Of a DNA stretch of 64,000 nt, positions 1 through 7,200 are shown piece by piece. Origin of the DNA: Rubripirellula sp. Lineage in GTDB: Bacteria; Planctomycetota; Planctomycetia; Pirellulales; Pirellulaceae. The position numbers and the translations under genes were made by a program. Numbering within the stretch: position 1 is the stretch's first letter; every line of letters begins with the position of its first letter. The notes under the pieces were generated by a model that did not search any database, was not told the origin of the DNA, and was given only the letters and a program-made list of their open reading frames with translations. The stretch spans positions 896,001 to 960,000 of the forward strand of contig OZ244207.1 in NCBI GenBank assembly GCA_965216875.1, written 5' to 3'.

Positions 1-177
1 GACTTTCGGTGGTGCCGCTTGTGCCGAAGCTTGTTTGGCGGCTGCCGAGATTGTCGCTTGGGCCGGGTTGTTGACGTTCCAAACGGTGCCGCAAGAGGGA
101 CAACGAACGCTGGTCATTGCGGCTGGCACATTGGCGACCGCTTGGCATCCGGGGCACTGAACGCTGCGAAGAGACAT
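1..177 (-). CDS. Zinc-ribbon (CxxC-x14-CxxC) N-terminal domain protein, partial (runs off window start)
   Basis: Not in the ORF track. Manual translation from ATG at 177: MSLRSVQCPGCQAVANVPAAMTSVRCPSCGTVWNVNNPAQATISAAAKQ..., open to position 1. Confidence 0.7.
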   Translation of the reverse strand, partial: MSLRSVQCPGCQAVANVPAAMTSVRCPSCGTVWNVNNPAQATISAAAKQASAQAAPPKV

Positions 178-245
178 GGATCTGTCGACCTTTCGGTCTC
201 AATAACTCGGAGAAGAAAACGCCTCTAAAAGTGTACTCGATCAAG

Positions 246-406
246 CCGTAGTGGACGAGGCAACGAGTCCCCCCGATCACTGATCGAGTCCTTCCCAACC
301 AGCCAACGACTCGCATTTTGCGGCCCCGAACGTTCAAGCTCGCATTTCTGGCACCAGCATTTGGGGGAACTTGCGAGTCCGGGATTCGTTGCCTCATCCA
401 CTACGG
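246..406. repeat. GTAG-type REP doublet, family A (inverted pair)
   Basis: CCGTAGTGGACGAGGCAACGAGTCCC at 246-271 and a near-perfect inverted copy at 381-406. Further copies at 19920-19944 and 44116-44141. Confidence 0.85.
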
Positions 407-1039
407 CGTGTTTGGTAGCCAACGATTGGCGGCCGCTGCAATCAAGACGGGAATGGCGACCGAAACTCCCAAAGCGAGCGGCAGCCATTGGTGCTGTTGG
501 GCAAAGTCGCCGAATGCGGAATAGGCGATGGCGATCCCAAGGTTGCTGAGCAGCACGGCAGGTAGGAATCGTCGCCAAGTCAAACGATGGATGCCCGCGA
601 TCAAGACGGTGGCTTCTGCAAAGACCGGCATGGCACGCGTGAGTACAAGCACAAGCGGTCCGTATCGCTGAGAGACCTCGTGCATTCGGTCGAGGTCTTC
701 GCCTTTGGAGAACCAGAGTGCAAAGGGTTTGCCCCACTTTCGCGCGAGTCCGAATCCAAGGATCGCGCCAAGGTTCATCCCGACCCAAGTCGCCAACGTG
801 CCGCGCCACCAACCAAGCTGCCAGCCACACAATGTGCTGATCACGCTTGACGGGATTGGCAACAGGATGTCGGTCGCCAGTAGCCCGATCACAAGTGCAG
901 CGGTCACCGGTGTCGCGGGCGGATCCTCGGCAATACCACGCAGCCAATCTTCAAGTTGTGCACCAAAGAAAAGGAAAGGCACGATTGGAACAAGAAGCAC
1001 CACGCACATCAGTGGCAGCGTTCGAAAGAGTTCTCGCAT
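401..1039 (-). CDS. DedA/TVP38 (VTT domain) membrane protein
   Basis: Hydrophobic 212 aa. DILLPIPSS, G.NLGA..GF.LAR and LTRAMPVFAE..AG motifs typical of the SNARE-associated/DedA family. Confidence 0.85.
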   Translation of the reverse strand: MRELFRTLPLMCVVLLVPIVPFLFFGAQLEDWLRGIAEDPPATPVTAALVIGLLATDILLPIPSSVISTLCGWQLGWWRGTLATWVGMNLGAILGFGLARKWGKPFALWFSKGEDLDRMHEVSQRYGPLVLVLTRAMPVFAEATVLIAGIHRLTWRRFLPAVLLSNLGIAIAYSAFGDFAQQHQWLPLALGVSVAIPVLIAAAANRWLPNTP

Positions 1040-1509
1040 CAGGCTGGTTCGGTGTCACCTTGATATGTCAGATCAACGTCGTGGTACTCAAGTGCCCATT
1101 CGCGCATGAAGCGGACGCGTTGTGGCTCGATGCGGTAGACGATCAGTTCTGGATTGTCGATCGAGACGAGGTATTGGCGAAGCAATGGGTTGTCGTCCCA
1201 AATCGTCTGTAGCAATTGGGAATCCGTTTCGACCTTGGCGATTCCGGTGATCCGAACTTGGTCGTGGGCTTTGCTGAGGTAGCAGAGTTCGACCTTGGGA
1301 TTGGCCTCGATCTCAACGGTTTTGTGATAGGCCCGCAAGTTCGCCACGTAGACAGTGAAGCGGTCGGTACGAACAGGGGAAACCGGACGCACGCGAGGCT
1401 GGTCGCCGTCAACCGAAGCAAGCACAGGAAAACGATCCTCACGAAGGACGTCTAACGCCAGTTGAGGAACATCGGCCGGCGCAATCGGTTTAGGTGTCGG
1501 CTTGGTCAT
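1039..1509 (-). CDS. Pyridoxamine 5'-phosphate oxidase-like FMN-binding split-barrel protein
   Basis: LASVDGDQPRVRPV...K..EIEANPKVEL...QVRITG motifs. Stop overlaps the next start by 1 bp. Confidence 0.85.
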   Translation of the reverse strand: MTKPTPKPIAPADVPQLALDVLREDRFPVLASVDGDQPRVRPVSPVRTDRFTVYVANLRAYHKTVEIEANPKVELCYLSKAHDQVRITGIAKVETDSQLLQTIWDDNPLLRQYLVSIDNPELIVYRIEPQRVRFMREWALEYHDVDLTYQGDTEPA

Positions 1510-1715
1510 GGGGTGATTCTAGCGAAATCCGTCGCCACGATGAGCTATCGGCGCTGTACAAGTGTTTTATTGGCGAGGACGAACGCAGGAGTTTTAGGGG
1601 AATTCGCTTGCTCAATTTAAAGCAACGCGAATGTCTTGAGGTATCCTGGAACCATCCAATTCACAAGTTCGTCCAGCGGCTCTACCTGGGGCCGGTTTCC
1701 GGTGGAGAATTCATC

Positions 1716-2957
1716 ATGCTTTTGCAGCGTGTCAGTAGTTGTTTTGCGCTTCTCTTGGTCGTCACCCTCTCCTCCGCAGAGGCTCAGTGGTACGACCACC
1801 ATCCACCGTACCAGGATCCGGTCTTCAACTTGGATGGCAGCCGACGTACCGCGGTTTACGAGGCTCATTACAGCGCAACATGCGGTTCCTGCGGGACGGG
1901 GCAATGCGGTTGTGGTGTGAGCGACGCATCATTTGATGGGAATGAGGGAGTCGCCGGAGCCAACGGTTCCAGTAGCCGTCTGCAGCCACGGACATGCCCC
2001 CAAACGACGACGGCGCGGTTGCAGGTTTGGGTCGACGACTCGGCTGAGGTGATGGTGAACAAACAGAAAACTCGTCGACAGGTGCTCGGCGGTGTCCACG
2101 CGGGAAGTCGTGTCTACACGTTAACGGGATTGAAGGTGGACGAAGGTTCTTTGACAGAAGTCACGGCCTCGCTTCCCGGAAAGACGCCTGTGACAAAAAC
2201 GGCTTGGGTGCAAGCTGGTGACAAAAAGGCGATACGGTTTACCGCTCAAGAGCTCGTCGCTTTTCAGGAACCAGCTGAGGAGGATATGCTCGATCCCGTC
2301 ACTTACGCGATTGACTTGGCCGAAAAGGCACAAAGAGCCGCCGAGGCTGCAAGGGAAGATGCGGCCAGAGCACAACGTGCGGCCGATGCAGCCAAGGACA
2401 AGGCTCAGAAAGCGATCGATGCCAAGGACGCTCTCGAAAAACGCGTGAAGGCCGCCGAAGCCAAGATCACGAATTACGATAAGCAGATTGCCGCTCTGAA
2501 GGCGAAGTTAAGCCTCGCGCTTCGAACCAATGACGAGACAATCAAAATCAATACTGCAGCTCTCGACGCGGGCGCAACCTATGAGCCTGGCAAGACAGAG
2601 GCCAAGAGTTTTGTGTTCGACACAGGTACTTCGACCACCATTGAGCTGGAAGCGACCAAAGGGGATGGCTTGATGCTAAGCGATGGGGTCGCTGTGCCTG
2701 TTACATTGAAATTCTCCGTCGCACTCGCAGCTGGCGGTACAAAGGAAGTCCTCACCGAGAAAACAATGCTTGTGTTCAACCAGGCAAAAGCGGAGATTTC
2801 GACCAAAGGCTTGGCCAGTGCCATCAAACCAAATTGGTCGCGAGCATTGGGAGATGGAACACTGACCGTCACCATTGAAGGTAAGTTGCCCAATGGAAAA
2901 CCGATTCCAATCACTGGAACGCCAATCACGATCACTGTGAAAGACATCAGCAAGTAA
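1716..2957 (+). CDS. Secreted protein: TIGR03000-like planctomycete domain + coiled coil + C-terminal beta-rich domain
   Basis: ATG 1716 after a GGAG RBS. Signal peptide MLLQRVSSCFALLLVVTLSSAEA, Cys/Gly patch, ARLQVWVDDSAEVMVNKQKT...SRVYTLTGL...TKTAWVQAGDKKAIRF (TIGR03000-like), then Ala/Lys heptads. Confidence 0.7.
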   Translation: MLLQRVSSCFALLLVVTLSSAEAQWYDHHPPYQDPVFNLDGSRRTAVYEAHYSATCGSCGTGQCGCGVSDASFDGNEGVAGANGSSSRLQPRTCPQTTTARLQVWVDDSAEVMVNKQKTRRQVLGGVHAGSRVYTLTGLKVDEGSLTEVTASLPGKTPVTKTAWVQAGDKKAIRFTAQELVAFQEPAEEDMLDPVTYAIDLAEKAQRAAEAAREDAARAQRAADAAKDKAQKAIDAKDALEKRVKAAEAKITNYDKQIAALKAKLSLALRTNDETIKINTAALDAGATYEPGKTEAKSFVFDTGTSTTIELEATKGDGLMLSDGVAVPVTLKFSVALAAGGTKEVLTEKTMLVFNQAKAEISTKGLASAIKPNWSRALGDGTLTVTIEGKLPNGKPIPITGTPITITVKDISK

Positions 2958-2995
2958 GATCGATTCGGCGAAGCGTTAGCCGCTGCCTTGCCTGT

Positions 2996-3196
2996 CTAGA
3001 GCTTGCAGGTGTAGCGGCCGTTGGATCCCATTTCACAAGAGTGAAAGAAGAGGAGGGTGTCCCAGCGGCTCATCGTTCGTTCGCGATCCTCTTCTTCCAT
3101 ATCTGCGACAACTGCCTCGCGCAATTGGAATGGCGTCATGCCTGGGCGGCAACGCTTTTTCATTAGTTTGAGAATTTCTGAGTCAGAGATTGCCAT
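2996..3196 (-). CDS. Small 66-aa hypothetical protein, paralog of 3223-3429
   Basis: MAISDSEILKLMKKRCRPGMTPFQLREAV...RWDTLLFFHSCEMGSNGRYTCKL. About 34/64 identities to its neighbour by manual alignment. GGGG RBS-like sequence upstream. Confidence 0.8.
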   Translation of the reverse strand: MAISDSEILKLMKKRCRPGMTPFQLREAVVADMEEEDRERTMSRWDTLLFFHSCEMGSNGRYTCKL

Positions 3197-3222
3197 CGTA
3201 TTGTCCCCATTTGAATTGCGGC

Positions 3223-3429
3223 TTACGGATCGCAATCGTATTGACCGTTTCCGTCAAGCTCGCATGCATTGAAAAAGAAAAGCAATTCATCCCAGCGTTT
3301 GCGAATGCGGCGTTTCTTTGGCTCGGACATGTACTTTAGTACTGCCTCACGCAACTCAAACGGAGTCATGCCGGTTTCGCACTTGTCGCTCATGCGGGCA
3401 AGGATGTCTTCGTCACTGATCGCTGGCAT
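3223..3429 (-). CDS. Small 68-aa hypothetical protein, paralog of 2996-3196
   Basis: MPAISDEDILARMSDKCETGMTPFELREAV...RWDELLFFFNACELDGNGQYDCDP. Overlaps the upstream lipoprotein ORF by 17 bp. Confidence 0.8.
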   Translation of the reverse strand: MPAISDEDILARMSDKCETGMTPFELREAVLKYMSEPKKRRIRKRWDELLFFFNACELDGNGQYDCDP

Positions 3430-4174
3430 TTTTTTTTCCCACGGACGATTTCGCCGCTTCGTAAACTTCTTTTACTTCGTCGAGCAGGGCAGAGGACGCC
3501 TCGTTATTTTGGCCATCAAGCTCTTGTCGGAACGCGTCCACGGCGGCGTCCAATTCTTCTCCCGTCAGGTCAGCCGACGTTTCAATCGACTCGCGGAGAC
3601 CACGATATTTTTCGAGGATGCTTGACCATTCGCCACGCCTCGAGTCGACAGTTCTCAGCAGTTCGCCCAAATCGGTGACCGGTGGTGGCGCGTTTTCACT
3701 GCGAGCGGTCTCGAGCATCTGAGAGACTTCAGCGACCGTTTCTTGCTCGGCTTCGGTCAGCCACTTGCTGCCTTCCCACTGAAGCACCATCGCCTCGAGT
3801 TTTCGGAACTGGTCGTTTTCGTAGAATTGTTTGCGGAAGACGTCCGATACTTCTGCATCGCCTGGCGCAAGCTTTTTGGACATCATTTCGTTGCGTGCAT
3901 CGTTGAACGCAGTGGAAAGGAGTTCAACATGCTGCTGAATCGATTGAGGCTCAGGGACCTTGGCCATCGCCGTCTCGATCTCAGCGAGCACGGGCGACTC
4001 GGGCAGTTTGATCTCAATCGTTTCCGTCCGATCGGTGACGTTGGACGCGTTGTCGGCTTCCGCCTGTGGCTGAGAGTTAACTGTCGCCTTTGGTGAAGCG
4101 GCTTGGCCACATCCGACGAGAAGAGGCAGCGCGAGAAGTGCTGCGGCTGCGATTGGTTGTGTCGTCTTGAACAT
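3413..4174 (-). CDS. Predicted alpha-helical lipoprotein, unknown function
   Basis: MFKTTQPIAAAALLALPLLVG|C lipobox, low-complexity linker, then an acidic helical body. Confidence 0.8.
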   Translation of the reverse strand: MFKTTQPIAAAALLALPLLVGCGQAASPKATVNSQPQAEADNASNVTDRTETIEIKLPESPVLAEIETAMAKVPEPQSIQQHVELLSTAFNDARNEMMSKKLAPGDAEVSDVFRKQFYENDQFRKLEAMVLQWEGSKWLTEAEQETVAEVSQMLETARSENAPPPVTDLGELLRTVDSRRGEWSSILEKYRGLRESIETSADLTGEELDAAVDAFRQELDGQNNEASSALLDEVKEVYEAAKSSVGKKNASDQ

Positions 4175-4290
4175 TATGGTTCGCCCAATGACTCGTTTGG
4201 TGATCATGGTATACCTCTGCGTTGGAGTCTACCATTCTGGACATCCGTCCACAAACGAGCCCATTGCCCATAACGATCTTCGCACTTTGC

Positions 4291-7200
4291 CTAACGCACG
4301 GGTGGCAATCGTTTTGTGCGCGGGACGCTTGGATGCATCTTTTCGTAGCTGGCGGGTACGACACTTTGCAGAGCGGCGCGACCCTGCGGTTGCACTGCAG
4401 TCGCACGCATCACTTGCGACGAGTGTGTCATAGCGCGCGCGGTCGGACTCGTTGCCTGCGCTGAGGGCCTTATGGCATAAGACCGGTCGACAGACTGGTT
4501 GGTATGCCATTGTTGTCTGCGAACGTTCGACGCTCCTGTGGTTGGCTGTGGAAGGTCCTCGACCTCAAGGGGCGCGTCGTTGATTGGAGCGATATGGACC
4601 GGCGCATGCGGAGGTGCCGGCACCTGTGGCACGATCTGCGAGGGAAGAGATTGCATCGGCTGGATCAGCTCCGGTTCTGTCCTCTCGCTTGGTTGATTCG
4701 GCATTGTGCGCCGCTGGCGATAAGGGGCGGAACGCCCGGGGATGTAGCTTGGACGCACCGCATCTTGAGGGATGGAGGTTTCGCGATTCACTTGTCCCGG
4801 TTGAGCCTGCAAGACACTCGGCGCACCGTATTGAGGTTCGATGATCTCTTCGGAATACATCGGTGCGATTCGTTGCTGCTGAGCCGGGTAATGCCGGTAT
4901 CGCTCGTAGGGAGGTTCCTGCATTTCAGGCGGGCGTCGGTCGAACCGTTCATAGCCATTTCCGGTTGGATCGGGACTGGCGTGCTTGTAGCTATAGCCGC
5001 TTGGGTGATGCGGCGACGCAAGCACTTGCGAGCGGTAGAAATCAGGGCGGTAGGATGACGGGGCCTTGTTTTCTACATCGAGAAAACGATCGACCCTCTC
5101 TGAAGCCACACGGAAGACGTAGTCACGCATCGATTTCTGGCGCCCACGAATCACATGCTCTGACTCGAGCAACGCGGTATGGTCGAGATCAACGACCTGC
5201 TGTGCCCAACGCAATCCCATCAAGTCGAAGAGCGTTGGGTAGAGGTTGGTTTGACCGAAAATGACGTTCTGTTGAAGCGACGATTCGGCACTCGGTGCGG
5301 GACGAAATGCAGCACCGACGATCGGAATGTCTTCCAGAAGTGGCACACCCCGGCTTGTTCTCGATACCTTTAACGCGACCTGGTACCGACTGATTTCACG
5401 CACCTCGAAGTTGCCCGTTTGAACGGCAGTGTGGACGAAGTGACGCTTGATGCGACCAATGTGTTTTTCATTCGCACGAACGGGTTCACGGATGTTCGTT
5501 GTGTACATGTAGTCAAAATCGTAAACACACGAATCGCCATCGGGCTGCATCACTGGTCGAATCTGAAAACCTGTTCCCGTTTCCAATTTGAAGATCGATG
5601 GTTCTGGAACGAGGCTTTGCAGTGCGGAACCAGGTGTTCCTTGACCGGTCGGCGGCGGCGCGTGACCCATGATGTGTTGGTCGAGCGTTTGCGATTGTCC
5701 CGGGACGAGATTCTTGACGACCGACGGATTGGTCCCGCCACCCATCATTTGGAACGCACTCAAGAAGGTTGGGTCGTTGATCAACGCGCCCGTGTCTTCG
5801 ACCAACGCTTTCGCCGCGTCAAACGCTTCTTTGATTGCGATTTGACGTTTCGGGAGGTCAAACTCCATCATCGCCTGAGGGTCGACTTTGGCAAAGTCGC
5901 GGTTGTTGGTCAGGATCGTGGTCCGTTCGACTTGACTCAGGTTGACCGCGCGTCCGCGAGCCGCTTCGCGAACGCGGACGAAGGCGGGGTCATAGAACTG
6001 CACTTTGAAATCGTCTTCGATCGCAATCGACAGCCGCTTCAAGTACTGGTCGATCACCGAAATATGCGATCGAGTACCCTCAACAAGTTCAATGAACTTG
6101 TCTTGCTGTTCGTCAATCAGTAGGTCAAGCAGCTTGCGATGATCCAGGTCGCCACGGGTTTCTTCAAGGAAGTCGTTGACAGTAGAGATCGCAACGCGTG
6201 CTGAGATACTGTCGCGTTTGGCCTTGTAGAGTTGATCCAGCAGGGATTTGACTGTTTCGACGAAATCGGTGGTCTCAAGCGAATTCAAGTACGAAAGGAA
6301 TTCATTGTACGCGTCGTTGAATTGCGAGGTGCCGACGTTTGAGTCTTCAACCAACGCAATGAAACTGTAGTAGCGATCACGTATTCCGATCGCGTCGGGC
6401 GCTCGATTCTTTAGCAACTCAAGTGCTTTGAGTGCATCGGTGATTTTTGGCGCCGCGAATTGTGCGCGTGTCTCTTTCATCGACTCAGCGGTTTTGTTAA
6501 TGAAGTCTCTTTCCTGTTCGGTCATCCATACCGCATTTGTCGAGGCTGCAATCAGGCTTTCCAGTTCGGTGTAGGGGGTATTTGGTGCGTAGAATCCCTT
6601 GCGGAACAGCGATTTGAGTTCTGGTGAATCAATCGTTATTCCCCTATCGCGGATCGCAGCTCGGGCTTGATTGAGTGTTTTTGTTTGCTGCTCTTGGAGT
6701 GCATCAACTTGAGTGTCATCAAAACGGGTGGCGGACTCCGCGTTGTTGAACGCGTCGGCAAGCGCTTGAGCAGCACTCTGGACGACTTTGTTGGCTTCGA
6801 GCTGTGTGAGATAAGTCGCTTCAAGCTCCTGCAACGCCTTTTTGTGGATCCTCTGCATCACCGCAAATTTCGCGTTGTCGTCATTTGACCGTTCTTCGAT
6901 CAACGCTCGCTCCATGACTCGTTGCTTCCATTCCATTTCGGCAACGAGTCTTGCTTTGAAGATCTGGGCAAGGCGAATGAACTCGCGTTGCATAGGATTC
7001 ATAGCGTCGGGGTTGGTGAAGCCGACGTCAAAGAAGCCTCGCAGGTTGCGGAAGTGGTAGCGTTGCTGGGCATTGCGATGGACAGCCTCGCAGACGACCA
7101 GTTCTTTTTTGTAGTTGTTCTTGATCGGAAGATGAGCTCGATTCCACGGCGGGAAGAATTTTTGAGTGCGGTGGGGCTTGAGTTCGCTTGAGCGTCGGAA

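Noticed and set aside
1494..1715. Upstream extension of the 487-aa ORF
   Set aside because: It overlaps the divergent gene start; the RBS and signal peptide point to ATG 1716.
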